Positions 1 to 8,803 of a stretch of 64,000 nucleotides of DNA are shown here, piece after piece (the stretch's first letter is position 1; each line of letters opens with the position of its first letter). The notes under the pieces are model-generated. The model saw only the letters and a list, made by a program, of their open reading frames with translations. It did no database searches and was not told the DNA's origin. A program made the translations under genes and the position numbers. Origin of the DNA: Candidatus Stramentimicrobium fermentans (GTDB lineage Bacteria > Atribacterota > Phoenicimicrobiia > Phoenicimicrobiales > Stramentimicrobiaceae). The stretch is taken from positions 1,505 through 65,504 of the forward strand of contig JAAYOB010000018.1 of assembly GCA_012520575.1 (NCBI GenBank). Direction: 5' to 3'.

Positions 1-147
1 AATAGAACCATTATGATGGACAGAGGGCGGATCATCCTGGATATTGCCGGTAAAAAAAGAGAAAATATTAGCACGGATTATCTGATAAAACAGTTTTCTA
101 AACTCAGAAAAGAAGAATTTGCCGAGGATAAGTTAATGCTCGCTTAA
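1..147 (+). CDS. C-terminal end of ABC transporter ATP-binding protein (partial, window edge)
   Basis: Frame 1 reads NRTIMMDRGRIILDIAGKKRENISTDYLIKQFSKLRKEEFAEDKLMLA*, which resembles the C-terminus of COG1101-type ABC ATPases. Confidence 0.65.
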   Translation, partial: NRTIMMDRGRIILDIAGKKRENISTDYLIKQFSKLRKEEFAEDKLMLA

Positions 148-210
148 AACGTATTTATACTAAAAAAGCAAAACCACCTTTGGCCTGAACGGTTTAAAAA
201 ATAGTCCTGA

Positions 211-250
211 ATAAAAAAGTTCTCCCAAAGTCAGCAGGGGAACTTTTTAT
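211..250. terminator. Probable bidirectional intrinsic terminator
   Basis: Inverted repeat AAAAAGTTCTCCC...GGGGAACTTTTT with A/T tracts on both sides. Confidence 0.6.
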
Positions 251-323
251 TTGTGGTAAAATTAAAGATAGATTTGTTTGGGTAGAGCACCTAGATTTAA
301 TATTGAATAAAAGGAGGCGGCTA

Positions 324-1532
324 ATGGAGACCAAAAGGTTATACCATAAAGACTCTTACCAAACCAAATTCCAGGCTATTATTGTTGATAAATATCCGGT
401 AACGGAACAGGGTAAACTAGCTATAGTTTTAAATCAGACCTGCTTTTATCCTAACAGTGGAGGGCAAATTAATGATAGAGGGACCATAGAGGGGATACCG
501 GTTTTAGCGGTAGAGGAAGAAGGGGATAAAATAGCCCATTATTTAGAGCAGGAGATAAAAAATGGAATCGGAGATTCAGTTAATGGAGAAATTGACTGGT
601 ATTATCGTCTGGACCATATGCAGCAGCATACCGGGCAACATATTCTCTCAGGTGTCTTGATGGAGCTCTGGCAAAGGGAGACTCAATCGTTTCATATGGG
701 TGAGGATATCTGTACTCTTGATATTCTTACTCTACCTCTCGATGAAGAAAGGATGAAGGAGGTAGAGTGGCGGGCAAATCAGATTGTCTATGAAAACAGG
801 GCAGTTCAACACTATTTTTCCCAAAATAAGATTAAATTGAGAACAGACCGTTTTAAGGAAAAACAGGAAAAGTTGGAGCAATTACGCATTATTGATATTG
901 AAAATTTTGATAAATCTGCCTGCGGGGGTACTCATTGTGAACGAACCGGCGAGGTGGGTATTATCAAAATATTAGGGTGGGAAAACCGTAAGGACAAAAT
1001 TAGGATATCTTTTCTTTGCGGTTGTAGGGCTTTGGGTGATTATCAGACAAAACATCTCATTCTAAAAACCCTTTCTCACTTTTTTACTACGGGAATAGGA
1101 AATTTAGAAGAAAAGATCAGGCAATTAAGTCTGGAGCAGAAGGAATTGATCAAATCCTATAATAAGATGGAAAAAAGAATAAATGAATGGGAAAGTGCAG
1201 AATTGCAAGCGAAAAGTCGGCGAGAAATAAAAGGGATTTCCTTAATTGAAAAAATTTTTTCAGAACAAAAAATACAGAATTTGAATCAGATAGCCATGTT
1301 GCTGGCTAAGGAAGAAAAGACGGTTATTATTTTAGCCAGCGAAGGTCCTGAGCCGGCAATATGTTTAGCACATTCGGCTGATTTGAATTGTAATCTGAAA
1401 GAAATAATGGATAAATTGCTTAGCGAATTTAACGGAAAGGGCGGCGGCTCCAATAATCTGGTTTTAGGTAAATTGGAAAGAAGAGAGGATATTAAAGAAG
1501 TCTGTCAGAGAGCTGTCGAATTAATCACTTAG
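324..1532 (+). CDS. Alanyl-tRNA editing protein (AlaX-like) with C-terminal DHHA1 domain
   Basis: HMQQHTGQH and CGGTH zinc motifs, GKGGG in DHHA1; AGGAGG RBS before ATG at 324. Confidence 0.9.
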   Translation: METKRLYHKDSYQTKFQAIIVDKYPVTEQGKLAIVLNQTCFYPNSGGQINDRGTIEGIPVLAVEEEGDKIAHYLEQEIKNGIGDSVNGEIDWYYRLDHMQQHTGQHILSGVLMELWQRETQSFHMGEDICTLDILTLPLDEERMKEVEWRANQIVYENRAVQHYFSQNKIKLRTDRFKEKQEKLEQLRIIDIENFDKSACGGTHCERTGEVGIIKILGWENRKDKIRISFLCGCRALGDYQTKHLILKTLSHFFTTGIGNLEEKIRQLSLEQKELIKSYNKMEKRINEWESAELQAKSRREIKGISLIEKIFSEQKIQNLNQIAMLLAKEEKTVIILASEGPEPAICLAHSADLNCNLKEIMDKLLSEFNGKGGGSNNLVLGKLERREDIKEVCQRAVELIT

Positions 1533-1590
1533 CTAATTTCTAAATGTTTTTAGGAATAAATAAAGAAATAAAAAAGGTACACAGAGTTAG

Positions 1591-2754
1591 ATGCATAAAA
1601 ATCTCTTGCTCTCTTGGAAACATAATAACAGAGTTTCTGCAGTTGTTATGATTATAGTATTTACCATACTCTTTTTTATGGTAACCTTACCGGTTTCTGC
1701 TGAACGGGATTTTAAAAAGGAAGAAAAAATCGGTCGCAAGATAGCCGCTAGAATAGAAAAGCAATATGAACCGGTAGAAGATGACGAATTAATCCGGAAA
1801 GTTCAGCAAATAGGAGAACATTTGAAAGAGGTTTCAGGAATAGCGGAGATTAATTATCAGTTTAAAATTATTGAGCGCGAGGGGCCTAATGCTTTTGCCT
1901 TTCCAGGTGGATTTATCTTTCTAACGGCGGATTTGCTTGATTATGTGCAATCAGATGATGAGCTGGCAGCAGTTATGGCACATGAAATGGGGCATGTCAT
2001 ACATCAACATTCCATTAAACAGTTGAAGGATAGTAAAAAATTGAAACTGGTAGAGCTGATTACTATACTGGTAACCGGTGACCCGGCATTGGGGATACTG
2101 AGTGAGCTAACCGGTATTACCATCCTTAATGCTTATCGTCGGGAATATGAAGAAGAGGCGGATTTTACAGCATTAGAATTACTTTATAAGAGTCGCCTCT
2201 ATCATCCTATCGCCCTATTGACTTATTTTGAAAGGGTAAATAGCGAGAAAATATTAAAACCTGATATAAGGATGGGGATTTTTCAAACCCACCCCGATGT
2301 AGAATATCGGATTAAAAAGATTAAAGAATATCTCTCTGAGCACAATATTCCCCTTAATCGGCGGCTAACGACCAACTATTTACGGGTCACCGGTGATGTT
2401 CAGAAAGAGGGGCAAGTATTCGTGGTGTATATTCTGCTTAATGAGGAGCCGGTTCTATCTTTTAGCGGTAATGAAGAAGAGATGCTCAGGGTTAAGATGA
2501 CTAATGTAGTTTCTAATTTTGACCATGTACTGAGATTAGACCTGGAAGCCTATGAAATAACGGTAAATAGCTCTGAAGCGGAGCAATGTGCTTCACTGAG
2601 TATAGGTAACAAAATGATAGTCTCTCTAACCCCTGAGGAAGTTCAATTCCAGGAGTTAACTTCTTTTGAAGTATTACAAAAGGCCAAAGACATAATTGCC
2701 CGCATTTTGTGGAGAATGAAATTAGCATTACCTATCCTGCTGCTAAATCCGTAA
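1591..2754 (+). CDS. M48 family zinc metalloprotease, secreted or membrane-anchored
   Basis: PNAFAFPGG, HEMGH, EEEAD and THP motifs; N-terminal hydrophobic segment. Confidence 0.9.
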   Translation: MHKNLLLSWKHNNRVSAVVMIIVFTILFFMVTLPVSAERDFKKEEKIGRKIAARIEKQYEPVEDDELIRKVQQIGEHLKEVSGIAEINYQFKIIEREGPNAFAFPGGFIFLTADLLDYVQSDDELAAVMAHEMGHVIHQHSIKQLKDSKKLKLVELITILVTGDPALGILSELTGITILNAYRREYEEEADFTALELLYKSRLYHPIALLTYFERVNSEKILKPDIRMGIFQTHPDVEYRIKKIKEYLSEHNIPLNRRLTTNYLRVTGDVQKEGQVFVVYILLNEEPVLSFSGNEEEMLRVKMTNVVSNFDHVLRLDLEAYEITVNSSEAEQCASLSIGNKMIVSLTPEEVQFQELTSFEVLQKAKDIIARILWRMKLALPILLLNP

Positions 2755-2780
2755 ACTATTATATTAAACTTACCCCAATA

Positions 2781-2820
2781 AAAAACCCGGTATTCCCTCA
2801 GATTCTGAGGGAATACCGGG
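2781..2820 (-). terminator. Intrinsic terminator between convergent genes
   Basis: Perfect 17-bp inverted repeat CCCGGTATTCCCTCAGA-T-TCTGAGGGAATACCGGG with a U-tract on the minus strand. Confidence 0.85.
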
Positions 2821-2853
2821 CTGGCAAACCTATCGTTCAGTAATAACAAATAA

Positions 2854-4197
2854 TTAGCCTAAAATACCTACGCTGTTTAGAAATACCAAAAAGATAGCAA
2901 TTGGTACTATGTATTTTATTAAGAAAGCATAACCAGAGCCCAGTTTAGCACTGGCGCCAATACTAGATTCTTCTATGGCTTTATCAGTACCCCAATACCA
3001 TCCAATGAAGGCAGCGGTAAGCATGCCGCCAAGGGGAAGCATTATATTGTTTGCCACAAAGTCAAAAGAATCCAGCAGGTCCATTCCCCTTATCGGTAAA
3101 ATGTGAGATAGCTTACTGTATCCCAAGGCCGGGAAGAAGCCCAGCAGCCAGATAAGTAGGCCCATGATAAGTGTAGCTTTTTTCCGATTAAACTTCATTT
3201 CATCGATAAAGTAGGCGGTTGCAACCTCCAGCAAGGAAATGGCTGAAGTTAAGGCGGCTATCATCAACAAGGTAAAGAACATAAAGCCAAATAGGTGTCC
3301 GGAAGGTCCCATCTTAGCAAGAACTGCCGGAATAGTGATAAAGGTAAGGCCAGGACCCGCTCCAGGTTCCAAGCCAAAGGCAAAAACTGCGGGGAAAATA
3401 ACGAAGCCAGCCAATATAGCTACAGATGTATCGCTAACGACTATATATCTGGCAGAAAGAGGAATATCTTCTTTTTTACTCAGGTAACTACCATAAGTAA
3501 TCATGCAGCCCATACCCAAGCTTAGAGAAAAGAAGACCTGTCCAAGGGCAGCCAGGAAACCTTCACCGCTGAAATTAGCCAGTACTGGTTTTAAATAGAA
3601 AGTTAAACCTGCCCCTGCCCCGGGCAATGTTACTGAGCGGATAATTAGAATAATTAACAAGACAAATAAAGCCGGCATCAAAATCAAGGACCAGCGCTCA
3701 ATTCCCTTTTCAATCCCACCAGCCACGATGCCTATACAAAGCAGCATAAATACGGTATGGTAGAACAAGATTGCGCCCGGATTGGTGATTAACCCCACAA
3801 ATATATCACCAGGCACGGCATCAGCAACCATATAAGTACCTGATTTAAACATATATGCCAGTGCCCAGCCCGCTACTACTGAATAGTAGGAAAGTATTAT
3901 AAAGCCGGCGAGCACACCCATATAGCCAACTAAAATCCAAGGCGTTCCGGGAGCAAGTGCCTTAAATGCACCGACGGCAGCTCTCTGTGTTTTACGTCCA
4001 AGCAGCAATTCTGAATTCATTACGGGATAGCCGACAAATATTAATATAAGAATATAGACTAAGACAAATGCTCCACCACCGTATTTGCCAGTGATAAAAG
4101 GGAATCTCCAGATATTCCCCAAACCGATTGCAGAGCCGGCAGCAGCAGCGATAAAACCTATACGCGATTGCCACTGTTCTCTTTGATTTCCATCCAT
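2854..4197 (-). CDS. Sodium-dependent transporter, NSS/SNF family (amino acid:Na+ symporter)
   Basis: REQWQSRIGF..AGSAIGLGNIWRFP, QVFFSLSLG and GPGLTF motifs; AGGAG RBS favours the ATG at 4197. Confidence 0.93.
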   Translation of the reverse strand: MDGNQREQWQSRIGFIAAAAGSAIGLGNIWRFPFITGKYGGGAFVLVYILILIFVGYPVMNSELLLGRKTQRAAVGAFKALAPGTPWILVGYMGVLAGFIILSYYSVVAGWALAYMFKSGTYMVADAVPGDIFVGLITNPGAILFYHTVFMLLCIGIVAGGIEKGIERWSLILMPALFVLLIILIIRSVTLPGAGAGLTFYLKPVLANFSGEGFLAALGQVFFSLSLGMGCMITYGSYLSKKEDIPLSARYIVVSDTSVAILAGFVIFPAVFAFGLEPGAGPGLTFITIPAVLAKMGPSGHLFGFMFFTLLMIAALTSAISLLEVATAYFIDEMKFNRKKATLIMGLLIWLLGFFPALGYSKLSHILPIRGMDLLDSFDFVANNIMLPLGGMLTAAFIGWYWGTDKAIEESSIGASAKLGSGYAFLIKYIVPIAIFLVFLNSVGILG

Positions 4198-4445
4198 TCT
4201 TTTCAACTCCTTTTAAAATTAAATTTCATGATATTAATTTAGAATAAAAAATAAGTAAAATGATTCTTCAAATTGATTTTACAATGCAGGTATTTGAATG
4301 ATTACCCCCCTCCCTTTAGTTTATTCTATTAGGTTAGTTTTTTGTAATTGAGCAGAACGATAGATTTATGTTTATTTAACGTAACCCATTGCAGTAATGA
4401 CCTTGTCAGTTATGAGTAAGTCTTAATACGTATAATTGATTCAGT

Positions 4446-4474
4446 ATGTTAGCACAATCAAATATCAATGTCAA
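4446..4474 (-). promoter_or_regulatory. sigma70-type promoter for the NSS transporter
   Basis: TTGACA-17 nt-TAACAT on the minus strand. Confidence 0.55.
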
Positions 4475-4819
4475 AAATAGGAGATGAACAAAATATTGTT
4501 TTGAGAATAATTCCATTTAACTATAGAAAGTTTTTGTTTCAAGAGCTAAATAAATACAAGTATTTTGCGCTGGAGAGAGCACAACTATTAAAGCAGCCTT
4601 TATCTTGTATATATCCTACCATATAAATTATTACATTGCAATAACTTTTACAGAATACTAAATACTGTATTTTGGGATTAGAATATTCTATATCTTTACC
4701 GATACCGGGTCAACTTTTCATCGGCGGCATTTGTACTATAATTTTTCAGTTATGTTATTATAGTTATTAATTGCTATTAAATTTGATACGCTGTTTTTCA
4801 TAAAGAAAAAGGTATAAAA

Positions 4820-5107
4820 ATGAAAAAGAACAAAGAAAAGGCAGGTGCCTATATCAGAGTGAGCGGTATGGTGCAGGGAGTCGCTTATCGCCATTATGCC
4901 CGAGAAGTTGCTGAGCAGCTTGGCATTAAGGGCTGTATTAAAAATTTGATTAATGGTGACGTAGAATTGATAGTAGAAGGTTCTCAAAAGGCGGTAAAAC
5001 AGATGATTGAATGGTGCAAAGAGGGCCCTCGTTTAGCGATTGTTGAGAATATTGAGGTAGACTGGTTACCCTATTCGGGGGAATTTAACCGGTTTTATAT
5101 AAGATGA
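4820..5107 (+). CDS. acyP: Acylphosphatase
   Basis: VSGMVQGVAYR, GCIKNLINGDVE and WCKEGP motifs. Confidence 0.92.
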   Translation: MKKNKEKAGAYIRVSGMVQGVAYRHYAREVAEQLGIKGCIKNLINGDVELIVEGSQKAVKQMIEWCKEGPRLAIVENIEVDWLPYSGEFNRFYIR

Positions 5108-5199
5108 TTTGATGATTTATAATTAGAATTTGAATATTATAGTTTTAGCTTTTATAATTTTAGTTGATATTTGTTTCCTATTAAAAAGGCAAAAGAAAG

Positions 5200-5931
5200 G
5201 TGAAAGGTATGTTAATCTTACAGGATGTTTCTTTTTTAGCCGCTTTTATGGCAGGAGTTCTTTCTTTTCTTTCCCCCTGCCTTCTACCCTTAGTACCGGG
5301 ATATATCTCTTTTATATCCGGATTATCTTTAGAAGAACTCAGCTCCCCAGACCATAGAAGCAGCGCCTCTCTATATCGGATTTTAACCGGTGCTTTCAGT
5401 TTTATTCTGGGCTTTTCTTTGGTATTTGTGTCTTTAGGTGCCTCAGCCACCTTATTAAGTAAATTTATGCAGGAATACGCGCTCTGGTTTAAAAGAATAG
5501 GTGGTGCAATTATTATTATTTTTGGCTTGCACATGCTGCACGTGATAAATATTCCCTTTCTACAATATCAAAAGAAAATTAACCTGAAACAGTCCGTATC
5601 TTTCAATATATTTCTGACCCCTTTTCTTATCGGTTTTGCCTTTGCCTTCGGCTGGACACCCTGTATCGGCCCCATTTTAGCGTCTATTTTGCTCTATGCC
5701 GGTACGCAGGAGACGGTAAATAAGGGAATTGTTCTGCTCTTGTTTTATTCCGCCGGGCTAGGCGTTCCCTTTTTGTTGACCGCATTGGCGGTCAATCAGT
5801 TTTATAAAATAGCAAGCAAAATAAAAAAAGCTTTTCTCATTATAGAAGTCGTGGGAGGAGTGCTATTAATCATTATCGGTATCCTGGTTTTTAGTGATAA
5901 CCTCTCTCTCCTCTCTAAGTTAGCCGGATAA
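5200..5931 (+). CDS. ccdA: Cytochrome c biogenesis/thiol-disulfide transporter CcdA
   Basis: SFLSPCLLPLVP and FGWTPCIGPIL motifs, multiple TM segments. Confidence 0.92.
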   Translation: MKGMLILQDVSFLAAFMAGVLSFLSPCLLPLVPGYISFISGLSLEELSSPDHRSSASLYRILTGAFSFILGFSLVFVSLGASATLLSKFMQEYALWFKRIGGAIIIIFGLHMLHVINIPFLQYQKKINLKQSVSFNIFLTPFLIGFAFAFGWTPCIGPILASILLYAGTQETVNKGIVLLLFYSAGLGVPFLLTALAVNQFYKIASKIKKAFLIIEVVGGVLLIIIGILVFSDNLSLLSKLAG

Positions 5932-5982
5932 AAATTGACTTAGCATAAACTTAGTTTATAATTTAAAAATATTCTAAAAATT

Positions 5983-6549
5983 ATGAAGAAGGTAAGAATA
6001 ATGTTGTTAAACAGAAGAAGAATAGGTTTACATATATTAGTTTTGGTAATAGCTTTGTCCTTTGTCTTGATAAGTTGTTCCAATGACCAGGCTAAATCTA
6101 CTGAAAAAGAAAAAGAAGAAAAATTTACCTGGCTCCCTTACGATCAGGCTCTGAGCAAATCCAGTGTGGAAAATGTTCCCACCTTGCTATATTTTTACTC
6201 TGACAATTGTGGCTGGTGTAGGAAGATGGAACAGGAAAACTTTGCTAACAAAGAAGTGCAGGATATCTTAATTGAATATTTTGCCAGTGTGCGGATCGAC
6301 AGCAATTCCAGCAATAACGTTGTAGCAGGGGCGCAAAAAATGACCGAGAAGCAATTGTCTGCTGAGCTTTATAATGTTACCGGACTTCCAACTATCTGGT
6401 TTTTGGATAGCGAGAACCAGAAAATCGCTAACTTACCGGGCTTTGTACCTGTTGATACCTTTTTAGATATACTGCACTATATTGGAGAAGGCTATTATAA
6501 AGAGCACACCTTTCCGGAGTATTTAGAATTAAAACAAGAGAGTCAATAA
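5983..6549 (+). CDS. Thioredoxin-fold lipoprotein (SoxW/thioredoxin-like)
   Basis: Lipobox LISC, CGWC active site, GLPT cis-Pro motif. Confidence 0.85.
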   Translation: MKKVRIMLLNRRRIGLHILVLVIALSFVLISCSNDQAKSTEKEKEEKFTWLPYDQALSKSSVENVPTLLYFYSDNCGWCRKMEQENFANKEVQDILIEYFASVRIDSNSSNNVVAGAQKMTEKQLSAELYNVTGLPTIWFLDSENQKIANLPGFVPVDTFLDILHYIGEGYYKEHTFPEYLELKQESQ

Positions 6550-6578
6550 TAACCTTTAATTCAAGATATAATTCCAAA

Positions 6579-6754
6579 AGCCAGTGCTATACTTCTGAAC
6601 TGATTGGTTTTCAGTCGAGCAGCCTTCTGAAAATTATAGCAATCACCACTTTATTTAACCCAACGGGTATTCCCCGCTGTGAAGATGTGGGTGTCTGTAC
6701 TAATATGTCATCTATTTTGTGACCGGCTTCGGCTAAAAATATTTTAGTCTGGTA
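6579..6754. ncRNA. Candidate structured ncRNA, 6S-RNA-like rod
   Basis: Nested complementarity: GCCAG/CTGGT ends, TTTCAGTCGA-GC-AGCC/GGCT-TCGGCTAAAA, CACCAC/GTGGGTG, and apical CAACGGG-TATTC-CCCGCTG around a central unpaired region; TATAAT at 6567-6572. Confidence 0.45.
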
Positions 6755-6761
6755 GAATAAA

Positions 6762-7742
6762 TTGGAAAATGTTACACTTAAAATAGAGAGCACTATTAAA
6801 AACATAAGGAGAACTGCGGCAGAGGAGACTGTTATTGTTGCCTTTTCCGGAGGGTTGGACAGTACAGTAACATTATTTTTAGCCAAAGAAGCCTTGGGAA
6901 AGAAGAAAGTAATTGCAGCCCATGTAGATTTTGGATTATTTACTTACCATAAGGTTTATCAGAATGTCAAGACAATTTGTGATGAAATTGGAGTGCCGTT
7001 ACAAATCATTTCCGGAGTATCAGAGCAGCGCAGCATAATGAAAGGCGGCCCCGATTGCAATCTCTGTACCAGAAAAGTAAAATTAGGGTTAATTAGGGCA
7101 AAATTTAACAACCGGCTTATTCTTACCGGTTCCAACCAGAGCGATAGCTGGGGTCAATATGGAATAATGTTCGTTGATGGTTTTTATGCTCCGCTCTTTC
7201 ATTATTCCAAAAAAGATATAGAAAATATAGCTACATATTTGAACTTAAAAGTTGAACACATTGGAGAAAATGTTTATCGGGAAGGATGTAAATTAAAACA
7301 CCTGCTTAAGCCACTGATTAGCATGACCTATCACGGTCAGGCAGTCTCTTTGGCTAACGAAATACTGCTACAACAAATAAATAAATTAAATCTCACTACC
7401 TCTATTGCCAATGTTAAAATTATTGGTCCTTTAAGCAGGAATATCGGGTTGATTAATGTTTTTCCCATACCGAATTGTCAGCATAGAAATGTAATTATTA
7501 AAAAAATTAGCAGTATAGCTGAAATTGATGACTGTCTAATAGTAGATAGACCATTGGAATTGACCATAAAGGCGAACAGGGGACAGTTCAATAATCTGCG
7601 TTCACGCTACTGGCTCGAGAGAGGGAGGCTGCAGCCGGAATTTGCTGCACCATTGAAATTTAAATGGCTTTTGACCACAAATCGTAGACTGCAAACATTT
7701 CAGGTTGTCGCTTTTAATCCGGCGGGAACCCCATGCCTGTAA
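6762..7742 (+). CDS. PP-loop ATPase, ExsB/QueC/LarE-like superfamily, function unknown
   Basis: AFSGGLDS PP-loop, CNLC and GCKLKH; TTG start. Confidence 0.75.
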   Translation: MENVTLKIESTIKNIRRTAAEETVIVAFSGGLDSTVTLFLAKEALGKKKVIAAHVDFGLFTYHKVYQNVKTICDEIGVPLQIISGVSEQRSIMKGGPDCNLCTRKVKLGLIRAKFNNRLILTGSNQSDSWGQYGIMFVDGFYAPLFHYSKKDIENIATYLNLKVEHIGENVYREGCKLKHLLKPLISMTYHGQAVSLANEILLQQINKLNLTTSIANVKIIGPLSRNIGLINVFPIPNCQHRNVIIKKISSIAEIDDCLIVDRPLELTIKANRGQFNNLRSRYWLERGRLQPEFAAPLKFKWLLTTNRRLQTFQVVAFNPAGTPCL

Positions 7743-7858
7743 GGGTGAGGGTATGTATATAATGTGATATTTAGGTTAGAATAACTTTGAGAGGGAAAAT
7801 TATTCTATTAGCGTATTATAGTCATATTTTAAAAAATTGATATAAAGGAGTATATTTT

Positions 7859-8401
7859 ATGAATTTATCTTTAGGTTATATTAATCCGGAAGATGTATTA
7901 AAAAATACGGCGGAATTGATGGCTCTTTCCGCCCGGACGGCACCCAAGTCGGCCGGTCAAGATTTTGTAGTGATTAAAATAATTACAAGGGATGAGATAG
8001 ACCGGTTGGCGGAGGCAATGGTTCAATATGGCATTGAGACCAATAAACGGAACTTCGACCGAGATAGTAAGAATGTAAAAAACTCACCGGTAATACTTTT
8101 GATTGGCTTAAAAGATTCACAAACAGTAGGTTTGAATTGCGGTGCCTGCGGATTCGAACGCTGTAAAGATTGTGAAGCTCACGAAGGACCGGAATTTGAT
8201 GGCCCTCAATGCGCCCTGCGCATTCTGGATATGGGAATAGCTATCGGTTCAGCGGTGAAGATGGCCGGTATTATGGGAGTAGATAATAGAATAATGTATA
8301 GGATAGGCGTGGTTGCTAAAAAGATTGGCTTAATTGAAGCAAGTTTTGTAATGGGTATTCCTCTTTCTGCTACCGGTAAGAATATTTATTTTGACCGTTA
8401 G
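7859..8401 (+). CDS. Ferredoxin-domain/nitroreductase-like protein (DUF2148 type)
   Basis: SARTAPK, NCGACGFERC, GPQC, DMGIAIGSA, DNRIMY and GKNIYFDR. Confidence 0.85.
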   Translation: MNLSLGYINPEDVLKNTAELMALSARTAPKSAGQDFVVIKIITRDEIDRLAEAMVQYGIETNKRNFDRDSKNVKNSPVILLIGLKDSQTVGLNCGACGFERCKDCEAHEGPEFDGPQCALRILDMGIAIGSAVKMAGIMGVDNRIMYRIGVVAKKIGLIEASFVMGIPLSATGKNIYFDR

Positions 8402-8634
8402 AAAGTAGCGATAAATTTTCCCCTTACCTTAAAATGAAAAATAAATAGTGCGCAAGAATTACCCGGCTGATAAGACAAAATTGTATAAAGATTTCGCAGC
8501 TGAGATATGCCAGTATAGAATATCTTTTTAATGGATAAATATTGAGGGCAACAGACACATTAATATTACTTATTTTTCAAGGGTGCTATAATATTGTAAA
8601 ATATATTTAAAAAAATTATTCCTTCTTCCAGTTT

Positions 8635-8650
8635 TGGCACAAATATTGCT
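8635..8650 (+). promoter_or_regulatory. sigma54 (RpoN) -24/-12 promoter
   Basis: TGGCAC-AAATA-TTGCT, an exact match to TGGCAC-N5-TTGCW. Confidence 0.85.
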
Positions 8651-8803
8651 CATCATAATCTATTAGAGAAAAATTACTGAAATTCCATAATAGGAGATGA
8701 TGCTATATGAGGAACATTCTGGTAAATGAATACATTCGCAAGAAAACAATTTTTTTGTCAAATCAATCAAACACAAAATTATAAATTTTTAAAGGAGAAA
8801 GCA

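Noticed and set aside
6611..6886. 91-aa minus-strand ORF
   Set aside because: It overlaps the PP-loop gene antisense and the structured RNA candidate; no recognisable family
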